Source of the DNA: an uncultured Pseudomonadota bacterium | GTDB taxonomy: Bacteria; Pseudomonadota; Gammaproteobacteria; Burkholderiales; Casimicrobiaceae | Direction: 5' to 3' | DNA: 64,000 nt | Assembly (NCBI GenBank): GCA_963718905.1 | Contig: CAVRAF010000006.1 | Location: 185,248-249,247 of the forward strand | Shown here: positions 1 through 10,948 of the stretch, piece by piece | How positions within the stretch are numbered: position 1 is the stretch's first letter | Layout: each line of letters begins with the position of its first letter | Notes under the pieces: model-generated | Databases searched by the model: none | Told to the model about the DNA's origin: nothing | What the model saw: only the letters and a program-made list of their open reading frames with translations | Made by a program: the position numbers and the translations under genes

Positions 1-175
1 CATCGGCGCTCGGCAGGTACACGCCGCAATCAACGCAGCGAAGCATCGCGCCGGCCGCTGCAGCGTCCGCCTTGCGCGATTCGCGAGTCCGCTCGCGGCT
101 CTTCGCGGCATTGGCGAGCCGCAGCGCGAGCAGCACGACAAAGAACACGACCAGCCAGAAAATGAGCTTGCCCAT
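1..175 (-). CDS. PP0621-like small membrane protein, runs off window edge
   Basis: Manual translation MGKLIFWLVVFFVVLLALRLANAAKS...MLRCVDCGVYLPSAD: N-terminal TM helix plus CxxCGVY motif; not in ORF track. Confidence 0.7.
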   Translation of the reverse strand, partial: MGKLIFWLVVFFVVLLALRLANAAKSRERTRESRKADAAAAGAMLRCVDCGVYLPSAD

Positions 176-178
176 GCG

Positions 179-1601
179 CTACAGCACCTTCCCCGGATTC
201 AGCAGCCCCTGTGGATCGAGCGCGGTCTTGAGGCGGCGCATCAGATCGAGCTCCAGCGGCGCCTTGTAGTGTGCGAGCTCGCCGCGCTTCAACTGGCCGA
301 TCCCATGCTCGGCGCTGATGCTTCCGCCGGCGGCTACGACGCGATCATGCACGATCCGGTTGGCCTCGGGCGTGTGATCGATGAACGCTTGCCCGGATGC
401 GCCCTCCGGCGCGGCGACGTTGTAGTGCAGGTTGCCGTCGCCCAGGTGGCCGAACACGACGAGCCGGGCGCCCGGAAATGCGCGCAAGAGCGCAGCGTCC
501 GTGTCGTCGAGAAACGCCGGAATGGCCGAGATCGGCAGCGAAATGTCGTGCTTGATGTTCGGTCCTTCGCGCCGCTGCGCCTCGCTGATGTTTTCGCGCA
601 GCGTCCACAGCCGATTCGCCTGCTCCTGCGATTGCGCGAGCGTCGCATCGGCCACGATTCCAGCGTCAGCCGCCCGCGCAAGCGCGTCTTCGACTTGCGC
701 GGCGAGCGGGGCGTCCGCGGCGCTGTCGTCGACCTGCAGCAGCGCGTACCACGGATGGCCCGGCAGTGGATCGGGAAGGTCCGGGTGATGCTTGCGCGAA
801 AGCCGCAGCGCGAGTCGCCGATCATGAGCTCGAAACCGACCAGCCGATCGCCGAGCGCCTGCTTCATCGCGCGCAGCAATTCGATCGCCGTGCGCGACGT
901 CGGCCATCGCGGCGAGCGCGGTCGCGCGCGTGCGCGGCGCCGGGAACAGCTTCAGCACGGCCGCGGTGACGATGCCGAGCGTGCCTTCGCGCGCCGATGA
1001 AGAGCTGCTTCAGGTCGTAGCCGGTGTTGTCCTTGCGCAGGCCGCGCAGCCCGTTCCAGACGCGGCCGTCGGCGAGCACCACTTCGAGCCCGAGCACGAG
1101 GTCGCGCGTATTGCCATAGCGCAGCACCGCGTGCCGCCCGCGTTGGTCGACAGGTTGCCGCCGATCGTGCAGCTGCCTTCGGCCGCGAGCGACAGCGGAA
1201 ACAGCATGCCCGCATCGGCGGCCGCCTGCTGGACCGCCGCGAGCGTCACGCCGGCTTCCGCCGTGACCGTCGCGTTCGCGCGATCGAGTGCGCGAATGGC
1301 GCGTTCATGCGCGCGAGCGACAACACGATCTCACGGCCGGACGCATCCGGCGTCCCCGCGCCGCACATGCCCGGTGTTGCCGCCTTGGGGGACGATCGGG
1401 GCTTGCGCTTCGCGCACACGCTCCGACCACCGCGGCGACCTCCGCCGTGTTGGCGGGGCGCACGACGGCGCGCGCCGCACCGCGGTAACGACCACGCCAG
1501 TCGACGATGTACGGCTCGACATCGGCGGCTGCCGTGAGGACGTTGGCGGCGCCGACGATCGCTGCGAGTCGTTCCGACAAGGTTGCACGCGAATCGCTCA
1601 T
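179..1601 (-). CDS. FAD-binding oxidoreductase (D-2-hydroxyacid dehydrogenase / GlcD-like), split by several frameshifts
   Basis: Fragments [83 protein letters not shown] across frames. Confidence 0.9.
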
Positions 1602-1670
1602 GGCGCAGGATATTAGCGCACCCGGCGCGCGCGTCCTGGCGATGTCATCGCGCGCCGGAAGAGAGGAAAC

Positions 1671-2108
1671 ATGAGCGACGAACCCACGAAACCCGCCGGA
1701 GCCACGATGCCGTTTTCGGCGCAGGACGCGATGGCGTTCATGCAGAAGATGTGGAATCCGTTCGCGATACCGATGCCCGGTTCGAGCGACGTCACACCCG
1801 CCGATGCGCCGCCGGCTGGGGTAACTGCCGCGCCAACCGCGTCCGCCGCGTCCGCCGCGGCGCTCAACGCGATGACCGGCATGATGGGCGTCATGCCCGG
1901 CATGCTGCCGTTTCCCAATCCCGCCGCGATGCTGGCGGCGCTCGATCCGGTCGAAGTCGAGCGCAAGATCGGCGAACTGAAGATTGTCGAGAGCTGGCTC
2001 GCAATGAGTCTCAGCCTGATGCAGATGAGCATCAAGACGCTCGAGCTCCAGCACGCGTCACTCGAAGCCTTGCGCGCGGCACGCGCGCCCGCGAAGGGCC
2101 GCGGCTGA
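1671..2108 (+). CDS. PhaM-like polyhydroxyalkanoate granule-associated regulatory protein
   Basis: AFMQKMWNP and LDPVEVERKIGELKIVESWL...IKTLELQ motifs; RBS GAGGA upstream. Confidence 0.7.
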   Translation: MSDEPTKPAGATMPFSAQDAMAFMQKMWNPFAIPMPGSSDVTPADAPPAGVTAAPTASAASAAALNAMTGMMGVMPGMLPFPNPAAMLAALDPVEVERKIGELKIVESWLAMSLSLMQMSIKTLELQHASLEALRAARAPAKGRG

Positions 2109-2146
2109 TCGAAGGAGCGGCAAGACTGACCTCAGTGGCTGGCGCA

Positions 2147-3948
2147 TCAGCCACCGAGCCACGCGTTGCGCAAGGCGAGGACATCCGCGGGCACGTGAGG
2201 ACGTAGCGCGAGATAACACGTATCGAGCGGCGCACCTGCGAGCTCGACGTCGACTTCGATCAATTCGTCGCGCCGGAACGCATGGATCTTCACGCGTTCG
2301 CGCGGCACGCGTTTCAGCTGCAGCGCCGCGACCGCATCGGCCGATGCCTTCACCCCGTCGATGGCGACGAGGACATCGTGCGCGGCCAGTCCGGCGCGCT
2401 CCGCAGGGCCACCGCGATAGACGTATTGCAGACGTAAATCGCCGCCGGCCTTGACACCGAGCCAGCACGTCGGCGCCGGCGCTGTCGCCGGCTTGCCGCC
2501 GCGATCGGTCAGCCCCGTTCGCCGCTCGCAGCTGCCATTCGACGCCGAACGCAGCGAGCAATGCATCGAGCGGGGGGTCGTCGGTGCCGTGCACGTATCG
2601 ATCGAAGAACCCGCCCATCGGTCGTGCCGGCGAGTTCGTCGACAAGCTGCGCAATCCCCTCCTCGGGGACTCCGACGCCGCGCTGTCCGTAGCGCGTCCA
2701 CAGCGCGCGCATCACCGCGTCGAGCGAGGTGCGGCCTGCCATGCGCAGCGTGAGATCGAGCGCCAGCGCGACGAGCGATCCTTTCGCGTAGTAGCTGACG
2801 GCCGCGTTCGGCGAGTTCTCGTCCTGGCGGTAGAACTTGATCCACGCATCGAAACTCGCTTCGCCGATGCTCTGCACGTGCCGGCCCGGCGTGCGCAGCA
2901 CGGTCGTGATCGCGCGGCCCAGCAACTCGAGATAGCGCGGCGCGTCGATCAGGCCGCTTCTCACAAGCGCGAGGTCGTCGTAATAGGACGTGATGCCCTC
3001 GAACGCCCACAGTTGCCGCGTCGGGCTTTCGCGTGCGAGGTCGTACGGCACGAACGCGGCGGGCTTGATCCGCTTGACGTTCCAGGCGTGAAAGTACTCG
3101 TGACTCGCGAGTTCGAGGAAATTCAGATAGTCGTCGCCGATCGCCGCGTGGCCAGGTGCCGGCAACTCATCGCGGCGGCATAGCAGGCTGGTGCTCGACC
3201 GGTGCTCGAGTCCGCCACGGCCCTCGCCCACGACCGTCACCAGGAACAGGTAACGATCGAACGGCGGCCGGCTCTGCGGGGCGCCACCGAAAAGATCGAT
3301 CTGCCACTGGCACACATGCGTCAGGTCGCGCGCCAGACGCTCGATATCGGCGCGCTGCCGCCCGGTGATCGCGATTTCATGGCGCACGCCGCCCGCCGCG
3401 AACGACGTGAGCGCGAAGTCGCCCATCTCGACGGGATGGTCGATCAGTTCGTCGTAGCTGTCCGCGCGATAGCGACCGAAGCCATGCGGCGCCGCGCCGT
3501 CTGCCATCAGCGTCGTGGCCACGCGCCAGCTCGCAAACGCGCCGTCTTCGGGCGGGACGATATCGACGGTGCACGGCGCGGTTTCGCGTCCCTCGGGACA
3601 CAGGAACATGCAGGCCCCGTTGAAATAGGCGCGCGTGGTATCGAGATACGCGGCCCTGACCGACAGGTCGAACGCGTAGACATCCGCAACCACCGTCAGC
3701 AGCGCTCGGCAGGGCGCGGCGCGCCAGACGTCCTTTGCTTCCTTGACGATGGCCACCGCAGTGCCGTCCGACTCCGCCCGGACGCGGACGAATTGCCGGG
3801 CAAACTCGCGAATCAGATAACTGCCGGGGATCCAGACCGGCAGCCGAAACCGCTGACCGGCAGGGTCGGGATCCTTGACGGTGCACCTCACTTCGAACAG
3901 GTGCGCCCGCGGGTCGAGCGGAACTATTTGGTAACCCGTTGTTTCCAT
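2147..3948 (-). CDS. M61 family glycyl aminopeptidase with C-terminal PDZ domain (frameshifts near 2510-2630)
   Basis: WIPGSY, GGLEH, HEYFHAWNVKRI, EGITSYY, SYYAKG motifs; PDZ GGPAERAGL. Confidence 0.92.
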
Positions 3949-4060
3949 ATATGACAAATTCACATCCGATCGGGCACTCTAGCCGGTTAACCGTATCTAA
4001 TCGATCGCACATTCACTGCCCGCTGCTTCGGGCGGGCCATTCCAACTCTGAAAGGACATC

Positions 4061-4492
4061 ATGCACGTCTCCAATTCCCTCGAAGCCACCTGGGTGCCCC
4101 GTGTGCTGAGCATTCTGCGCATCGTCGCGGCATTTCTCTTCATGACGCACGGGATGCAGAAGCTTCTCGGTTTTCCGGGACCCGAGCCGGCGTTGACCAG
4201 CCTGGTCTCGTTGAGCGGCGTCGCCGGCGTGCTCGAGTTGTTCGGGGGCATCCTGCTATTGCTCGGCTTGTTCACGCGGCCCGTCGCGTTCCTGCTGTCG
4301 GGCGAAATGGCGATCGCCTATTTCAAGGCCCACGCACCGCATGGTTTCTGGCCGTTCCTGAACCACGGCGAACTGGCCGCGCTCTACTCATTCCTTTTCC
4401 TCTATCTCGCGGCTGCGGGTGGCGGCGCGTTGAGTGTCGACTACTGGTGGCGCCATCGCAGCTCGAACGGCTTCGGCGCTGTGACTCGCTGA
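4061..4492 (+). CDS. DoxX family membrane protein
   Basis: LRIVAAFLFMTHGMQKL, LGLFTRPVAFLLSGEMA, NHGELA. Confidence 0.9.
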   Translation: MHVSNSLEATWVPRVLSILRIVAAFLFMTHGMQKLLGFPGPEPALTSLVSLSGVAGVLELFGGILLLLGLFTRPVAFLLSGEMAIAYFKAHAPHGFWPFLNHGELAALYSFLFLYLAAAGGGALSVDYWWRHRSSNGFGAVTR

Positions 4493-4533
4493 CGCTCGGC
4501 GCGCGCAGATCCTGACGGCGCGGCCGCACCGCT

Positions 4534-4953
4534 TCAGCCTTTACCGGCGTCGTCGACCGAATGGGGTGCGCCGTTGCGCAGCGTCACGATCGCGACGCAC
4601 CGCGGATTCACCGTCTCGGTCGTGACGTGAGCGGTCGTTGAGCGTTTCGCGCTTTGCAGCATCGCGAACGGAATCCCGACGGCGACTGCGCCGAGCGCCG
4701 CGGCAACGAGCGCGAGCACCAGACTGCGATGTGAGCCGCTTCGCTGCGAGCGCCAAGCGCCAACCAGCGCGATGACCACCGCCGCGCCGCCGAGCCACGC
4801 GCCCCAGCGGATGAGCTCGAGCGCTTCGTCCAGCGAAGCAAGGTTGATCCGATAGAACGGGCCGGCGCACGCAACCATCAACACCGCAACGACGGCGACG
4901 ACCAGACCGAGCACGGCCACGCGCGAATAGGGAGGTGCAATCGGGGTCGACAT
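4534..4953 (-). pseudogene. DUF1499-like membrane protein, apparently C-terminally truncated
   Basis: Three TM helices then degenerate HVTTETVNPRCVAIVTLR (cf. HDITTD..NPP.F.A...LR) and an early stop. Confidence 0.5.
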
Positions 4954-5289
4954 GCGTCACCGTCCTTGAACAGGATCCGGCCGACGGACGACGCAAGCGA
5001 TCGTCCGCGGCGCGTGCGGTCGTCATGATGACGCGATCGCGCGGCGTGTCAATGTTTCGGTGGATACGGTCACCGCTCACGCCGCCTGAGCGCTGATGCG
5101 CATCGGGGCGCCCGGACGGCGCATGCGTCGGCGAGGCAGCGTCCCGGCGCGTCCGGTTGCGAAAGCGGGGAGCGACTTCGGTCCCGCTGCGAAAAATCCA
5201 CGACGACGTGCGCTGGCCGCCCCTCATGAAAAAGCTGAAGCTCGATTACTGAATAAGCGCCGCACGCGGCGATCGCATGCCGCTCCCGA

Positions 5290-5616
5290 TCATGCTTTCT
5301 TGGTCCAGGCGGAACACCACCCTTTCGCATTCACCAGCTTTCCGCCAAATATGCCGCAAGGACCGTCGCTCGCGCCGGGCTTGCCGGAATACAAGTTGCA
5401 GGTGCCGCAGAAGGCGGTCGTGTCTTTGCGGTTGGCGGCTTTGGAGGCATCCATCTTGTAGCCGAGCGCGGCGGCCGTCGGATCCGCTTCGCTCACTGCG
5501 TCGACCGCCTGGGCGGTCCCGCTGAGCAATCCGCTGGCGAACGGTGCGGCGGCAAGGCCAGTGGCGGTAATCTTGATGAAGCGACGGCGGCTTGCTCGAG
5601 AGGCGTGTCTGTGCAT
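5290..5616 (-). CDS. High-potential iron-sulfur protein (HiPIP), Tat-exported
   Basis: SRRRFIK Tat motif; ALGY, CGTCNLY, CGIFGGKLVNAKGWCSAW four-Cys pattern. Confidence 0.92.
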   Translation of the reverse strand: MHRHASRASRRRFIKITATGLAAAPFASGLLSGTAQAVDAVSEADPTAAALGYKMDASKAANRKDTTAFCGTCNLYSGKPGASDGPCGIFGGKLVNAKGWCSAWTKKA

Positions 5617-5770
5617 TGTCGTTTCCTCGGGTTCGTTGTCGTGAAGTGGACGCTCGCGCAAGTTCATCTCGGCATGCGCCGGTCACTACGATACTGCGCC
5701 GCATGCCCCGCTGCAACGCTGGAGACTGCGCTCGCACACTGCATCGTGGCGCAGCGCGATTTGGGCGATG

Positions 5771-6820
5771 TCAGCGTGCTCGTGTCGCTTCGATGACGCT
5801 GAAGGTCGGCCCCGCGGCCAGCACCGCATTCACCTGAAAGCCCGTTTCGCGCAACAGGGTTCGATATTCGTCCTCGGTCCGCTCCTGTCCGCCCACGCCG
5901 ATCAGCAGGTTGAGGTCGCTGCGGGCGATGGACTTGTGCGCGGCCGACACCGCCATGTGCGGCGGAACGATCCGTTCGACGAGCATCAGCCGGGCACGCC
6001 CGTGCATCGATCGAGCGCAGTTCCGCAGGATCAGCTTGCTCCGCTCGTCGTTCCAGTCGTGGACCACGCTCTTGAGCACGTAGGCATCGGCTCCGCCCGG
6101 AATCGACTCGAAGAAGTCACCCGCGACGAAATCGCAGCGATCGGCGACCGACGCCGCTTCCATCCGGATTCTGCCGCATTCGATCGCATGCGGCCGATCG
6201 AACAGCGTGCCGCGCAGCGTGGGATTCGCCACGAGCAGCGTCGCGAGCAGTTCTCCGTATCCGCCACCGACATCGACGATGCGTTGCGTTTCCGAAAAGT
6301 CGCAGGTGCGCACAATGCTGTCCGCGTCGAGCCGCGTCAGCTCGACCATCGCCCGGTTGAAGGCGGCAGCCGCTTGCGGATCCGCCTCGAGCCCGTCAAA
6401 TCCAGCGCTCCCGGTCGCCTGTTCTCTCGAGCTTTCGCCGGTCATCACGCTGTGCAGCAGATTGCCCCAGCTCGACCACTGCGGTCCTCCCCAATGCAGT
6501 GTCCAGGCACGCAGCGAGTCGGCGACGTCGACGCGCAGCAGCGAGCCCATCGGCGTGAGTTCGTACGATCCGTCGCCGCGCTCCCGGCAGATGTCGATGG
6601 TCACGAGCGCTCGCATCAACCGGCGCAGCGATGGAGCATGGGCACCCGTACTACGTGCAAGCTCTTCGCTTGATTGCGCGCGAGCGGCGAGAAGGTCCGG
6701 GATGCCGAGGTGCGCGGCGACGTAGGTCGCCTGGGACATCCAGCTGCCATTGACGATGTCCAGGAGTCGCCTCGCCGTGGGGGCCGACTCGACGGCATCG
6801 AGTGCATTCGGTTGAGTCAT
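5771..6820 (-). CDS. SAM-dependent O-methyltransferase (family 2, with dimerisation domain)
   Basis: VDVGGGYG, GDFF, LKSVVHDWND, GGQERT; start MTQPNA at 6820. Confidence 0.9.
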   Translation of the reverse strand: MTQPNALDAVESAPTARRLLDIVNGSWMSQATYVAAHLGIPDLLAARAQSSEELARSTGAHAPSLRRLMRALVTIDICRERGDGSYELTPMGSLLRVDVADSLRAWTLHWGGPQWSSWGNLLHSVMTGESSREQATGSAGFDGLEADPQAAAAFNRAMVELTRLDADSIVRTCDFSETQRIVDVGGGYGELLATLLVANPTLRGTLFDRPHAIECGRIRMEAASVADRCDFVAGDFFESIPGGADAYVLKSVVHDWNDERSKLILRNCARSMHGRARLMLVERIVPPHMAVSAAHKSIARSDLNLLIGVGGQERTEDEYRTLLRETGFQVNAVLAAGPTFSVIEATRAR

Positions 6821-6919
6821 GTGCACAATGCCGCGGTAGTAGGGGAGTTGCCAAGAGCCGTCGCGACGGTACACGGCGTTTCCTGCGATGATGACTCCTT
6901 TTCGCTTCGTCGGGTTTAA

Positions 6920-8065
6920 ATGGGTCCAGCGGCACTGCTGGTGGCTACGGCAACCCAGTGGCTTGGGACGGCTCGCATGCCGCGCGATCTCGCCAACGCG
7001 GGCTTCCGCGTGTCGCTGCTGGCGCCCAAGGGGTCGCTGGCCGAACACAGTCGCTACGTGCACGAGATTGCCCACCTGCCCGTGAACGCGACGCCCCTCC
7101 AATGGGTGCATGCGTTCGCCGCCGCGGCCAAGGCGATCTCGCCGCGGCTCGTGCTGCCCTGCGACGATACCGCGTTTCGCTTGATGCAGCGGCTCGTCAC
7201 CGCGCCGCCGGACGACATGCAATCTGCACTGCAGCTGCGACTGGCGACGCTGATCACCGAATCGCTGGGCAATCCCGCGCACTATCGCACGAGCGTCGAC
7301 AAGACGCTGCTGAGCCAGGCGGCAGAAGCGGTCGGCGTTCGCGTTCCACCCTACATGATCATCACCGATCCCGCCGTGGCACAGTCTTTCGTCGCCACGC
7401 ATGGATGGCCCGTGGTGCTCAAGCGCAGCCATTCGAGCGCCGGGGACGGTGTCGCAATCTGCGCGAATCAGGATGCGTTGGCGCAGGCGTTCGCGCGTTT
7501 GACGGGCGGCACGAACCTGAACCTGAATGATTCGAAATCCGATCGGATGATCGTGCAGGCCCACATACCCGGTCGCACGCAATACTTCGCGGGAACGGCG
7601 CGGCAGGGTTCCCTCCTTTGCGGGTACGCGGTCGACAAGCTGGCGGGCGAGCCGCACGGGGCCGCGAGCGTCGTCCGCTATTTCCATTCCGATGCATTGC
7701 AGGAATCCGCGGCCAGGCTTGCGCTGGGATTCGGCGCAACCGGAATCTTTGCGCCGGAATACATCATCCATGCGCGCACCGGCGAGCCGTATCTGATAGA
7801 AATCAACCGACGCATCACGCCGGGGACCCATCGTGGTGAATTCATCGATGTCGACTCCGGGGTCATGCTGTTCGCGGCGGTGGAGGGGCGTCCTTCGAAC
7901 ACGCGTACGCGTCTTGACGACGGTGAAGAGCGGGTATTCGTGAGTTTCCCGCACGAATGGCTGCGCGACCCTGCGAGCCGTTACTTGCGCGACCACCCTG
8001 TCGATGTGCCGTGGGACGAGCCCGAGCTCATCGAAGCAATGCTGACAATGAGGCACGAACGATGA
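6920..8065 (+). CDS. ATP-grasp domain protein
   Basis: GWPVVLK, AGDGV, IVQAHIPG, YLIEINRR. Confidence 0.8.
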   Translation: MGPAALLVATATQWLGTARMPRDLANAGFRVSLLAPKGSLAEHSRYVHEIAHLPVNATPLQWVHAFAAAAKAISPRLVLPCDDTAFRLMQRLVTAPPDDMQSALQLRLATLITESLGNPAHYRTSVDKTLLSQAAEAVGVRVPPYMIITDPAVAQSFVATHGWPVVLKRSHSSAGDGVAICANQDALAQAFARLTGGTNLNLNDSKSDRMIVQAHIPGRTQYFAGTARQGSLLCGYAVDKLAGEPHGAASVVRYFHSDALQESAARLALGFGATGIFAPEYIIHARTGEPYLIEINRRITPGTHRGEFIDVDSGVMLFAAVEGRPSNTRTRLDDGEERVFVSFPHEWLRDPASRYLRDHPVDVPWDEPELIEAMLTMRHER

Positions 8066-9081
8066 CCGGTACCGATCGCTCCCTTCGCAAACTGTGGCAA
8101 CGCGGCGCCGGCGTGATCGCCGGCGCAGGTTTGGCCACAGCCCTTGGTGCTGCGCTTGGCGTAGCCGATGCCGCTCCCCCGGCGCCGTATCCGAACCGGC
8201 CGATTCACCTGGTCGTGCCCTTCACGGCGGGCAATCAACTCGATGTCTTTGCGCGGGTGATCGGCGATCGGCTGTCCGAATCGATGGGACAGCCCGTGGT
8301 CGTAGAAAACCGCCCGGGCGTCTCCGGCAACGCCGCCAGCGAAGTCGTTGCCAAGGCTGCTCCCGATGGCTACACGCTGCTGGTGTCCGGCGTGCTGATC
8401 ACGCTGCTGCCGCTCACTTACGGATCTCGCGCGGTCGACCCGGTGGCTGCATTTGCGCCCGTTACGAGGCTCGCGCAACAGCCGATCGTGATTGCGGTGA
8501 ACGGATCGCTCAATGTCAATTCGCTCGGCGATCTGATCGCGCTCGCGCGGCGGGAGCCCGGCAGGATCGCCTACGCGACGTCGGGCGTCGGTACCGCGCA
8601 ACACATTGCAATGACGATGCTGTCGCAGCGGGCCGGCGTCGAGCTGCTGCACGTTCCCTACGCGAACTCCGGTCAATTGATTGCGAACGTGCTCTCCGGT
8701 GACGTCCCGATCGCGATGTCGTTTCCCGGGACGGTCGAGCCGCACCTTAAATCCGGGCGGCTCAGGGCCCTGGCGGTCACGGGCGCCCAGCGCGCCTTGG
8801 CATGGCCCGATGTTCCGACAGTCGCCGAATCCGGATTCCCGGGCTTCGAGATGCAGTCGTGGGCCGGCGTGCTGGCACCGGCGGGCACGCCGCCGGAGAT
8901 CATCGACCGGCTGCACCGCGAGATCGTCCGCATCCTCACAATTCCCGAGGTTCGCCAGGTGTTTCTCACGCAGAGTGCGGAGCCGGTGGGCAATACGCCG
9001 GAGCAGTTTGCGGCCGAGATCAAGGCTTCCGTCGCGCGCTGGGCCCCGGTGGTCAAGGCGGCGGGAATCAAGGTGGACTAG
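8062..9081 (+). CDS. Bug/TctC family tripartite tricarboxylate transporter substrate-binding protein
   Basis: YPNRPIHLVVPF, VVENRPG, APDGYTLL, PDVPTVAESG; ATGA overlap with upstream stop. Confidence 0.93.
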   Translation: MTGTDRSLRKLWQRGAGVIAGAGLATALGAALGVADAAPPAPYPNRPIHLVVPFTAGNQLDVFARVIGDRLSESMGQPVVVENRPGVSGNAASEVVAKAAPDGYTLLVSGVLITLLPLTYGSRAVDPVAAFAPVTRLAQQPIVIAVNGSLNVNSLGDLIALARREPGRIAYATSGVGTAQHIAMTMLSQRAGVELLHVPYANSGQLIANVLSGDVPIAMSFPGTVEPHLKSGRLRALAVTGAQRALAWPDVPTVAESGFPGFEMQSWAGVLAPAGTPPEIIDRLHREIVRILTIPEVRQVFLTQSAEPVGNTPEQFAAEIKASVARWAPVVKAAGIKVD

Positions 9082-9096
9082 GGCGGCACAGGCACC

Positions 9097-10137
9097 TCAG
9101 CCCAGCAACTCGCGCAGGATCGCCGCCGCGCGCTCGACCTGCGCCGCCGAGACATCGAGGTGCGTCACCGCGCGCACCGTGCGCGCATCGAATGCGTTGA
9201 GCAGCACGCCGCGCTCGCGCGCCTGCGCCACCAGCGCCACCGCATCCATCGCCGCCGGCGCGAGGCGAAACACGACGATGTTCGTCTGCACCGACGCGAG
9301 ATCGAGCATCACGGTCGCGCTGCCGGCCAGCGACTCCGCCAGGCGTCGCGCATTGCGGTGGTCGTCAGCCAGTCGTTCGCGGTGGTGATCGAGCGCATGC
9401 AGCGCGGCGGCGGCGAAGATGCCCACCTGTCGCATCGCCCCGCCCAGCATGCGCCGGTGCCGCGCGGCGGACGCGATCAGCTCGCGCGATCCCGCCAGCA
9501 GCGATCCGCCTGGCGCGCCCAGCCCCTTGGAGAACGATACGGCCACCAGGTCGAACGGCACAGCCAGCGTTGCTTCGGGCAATTCGCTCGCGATGCTCGC
9601 GTTCCACAATCGTGCGCCGTCCAGGAACGTCGCGAGGCCGCGCGAGCGCGCCAGCGCGCAGATGCGCACGACCTCCTGCTGCGGAAACACAATGCCGCCG
9701 CTGCGGTTGTGCGTGTTCTCGATCTCCAGCAGCGTCGTGGGCGGATATACCGGCAATCCGCGCGGCTTGATGGCGGCCTCGACGTCGTCGACGCTGAAAA
9801 CGCCACGCGCTCCGATTTCGTGCAACTGCACGCCCGCGTTCGCCGCCGAACCGCCGGTCTCGTGCCAGCCGGCGTGGCATTCGCGGCTGACGACCACCTC
9901 GTCGCCCGGCCGCGTGAGCACGCGTAGCGCCACCTGGTTGGCCATCGTTCCGGACGGCAGCCAGAGCGCGGCCTCCTTGCCCAGGAACTCGGCCATCCGG
10001 ACCTGTAGCCGGTTGGTGGTGGGGTCTTCGCCGTACTGATCGTCTCCCACCGCAGCCGCGGCCATTGCGGCGCGCATCGCGTCCGTGGGGCGCGTAACGG
10101 TATCGGAGCGAAGGTCGATTGCGGGTACGGAGTTCAT
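9097..10137 (-). CDS. ltaE: Low-specificity L-threonine aldolase (PLP-dependent)
   Basis: [45 protein letters not shown]. Confidence 0.9.
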   Translation of the reverse strand: MNSVPAIDLRSDTVTRPTDAMRAAMAAAAVGDDQYGEDPTTNRLQVRMAEFLGKEAALWLPSGTMANQVALRVLTRPGDEVVVSRECHAGWHETGGSAANAGVQLHEIGARGVFSVDDVEAAIKPRGLPVYPPTTLLEIENTHNRSGGIVFPQQEVVRICALARSRGLATFLDGARLWNASIASELPEATLAVPFDLVAVSFSKGLGAPGGSLLAGSRELIASAARHRRMLGGAMRQVGIFAAAALHALDHHRERLADDHRNARRLAESLAGSATVMLDLASVQTNIVVFRLAPAAMDAVALVAQARERGVLLNAFDARTVRAVTHLDVSAAQVERAAAILRELLG

Positions 10138-10138
10138 G

Positions 10139-10936
10139 TCATTCGACCACCTTGTCGCGGTTTGTCGCCTTGTCCATTCCCTTGGCCGCCTCGATGCCTA
10201 TGACGTTCTTCAGCACTGCGCCGTCCAGGTCGGATTCCGTGAAATCGGCGCCCGCAATGTCTGCGCCGGTCAGATCCGCGCCGGCGAGCTTCACGCGGAA
10301 GAAATTGGCGCCCCGCAAATTGGCGCCCTTGAGATCGGCAAACATCATCAGCGATCGGCTCAGGTCGGCATTCTGCAGCGTGGCGCCCGCCAGATTTGCG
10401 CCACTCAAATCGGTTCGCATCTGCCCCATGCCCTGGTTCCTGATATCGACGCCAAGCTTCGCGCGGGTGAGATTGGCTCCATGCAAATCGGCACCCGGGA
10501 GATCGGCGATCATCCGCACCCCGGACAAATTGGCGCCGGCGAAATTCGGCTTTTCCTTGATTTCGCCACCCAGGATCACCAGGCTCAGCATCGAGCTGTC
10601 GGAAAGATCGGCGCCCGCGAACTTCGTGCCCATGAGCCAGGCTCCGTTCAGGTTCGCCCGCACCAGGTTCGCCCCCGCAAGATTGGACGAGACGAGACGC
10701 GTTGCAAACAGATTCGCGCCGGAGAGATTGGCGTGCTTGAAGTCGATATTGCTCAGATCGAGATCGGATAAATCCTTGCCCGCCAGGTCGGCAGGCTTGC
10801 CATGATCAGCCGCGGCAAGCAGTTGGCGCACCTGGTCAGCCGTGAGATCGGCGGCGCAAGCCAAAGGCGCAATGCAGACCGCAAGCACGAGAAGGGCAAT
10901 CGCACGTATCAGCTGAGGTTGCCTCCCGTTATGCAT
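10139..10936 (-). CDS. Secreted pentapeptide-repeat protein
   Basis: Signal peptide; many A(D/N)Lxx repeats. Confidence 0.9.
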   Translation of the reverse strand: MHNGRQPQLIRAIALLVLAVCIAPLACAADLTADQVRQLLAAADHGKPADLAGKDLSDLDLSNIDFKHANLSGANLFATRLVSSNLAGANLVRANLNGAWLMGTKFAGADLSDSSMLSLVILGGEIKEKPNFAGANLSGVRMIADLPGADLHGANLTRAKLGVDIRNQGMGQMRTDLSGANLAGATLQNADLSRSLMMFADLKGANLRGANFFRVKLAGADLTGADIAGADFTESDLDGAVLKNVIGIEAAKGMDKATNRDKVVE

Positions 10937-10948
10937 CAGTTCGCTGAA

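Noticed and set aside
6821-8056. 761-aa and 1019-aa ORF-track products (also 32480-33148) as large fusion proteins
   Set aside because: The N-terminal extensions are shadow frames over neighbouring genes; real starts are at 6820 and 32479.
10139-10800. 15-bp periodicity as a repeat array or CRISPR
   Set aside because: Explained by pentapeptide-repeat coding; no spacers or cas genes.
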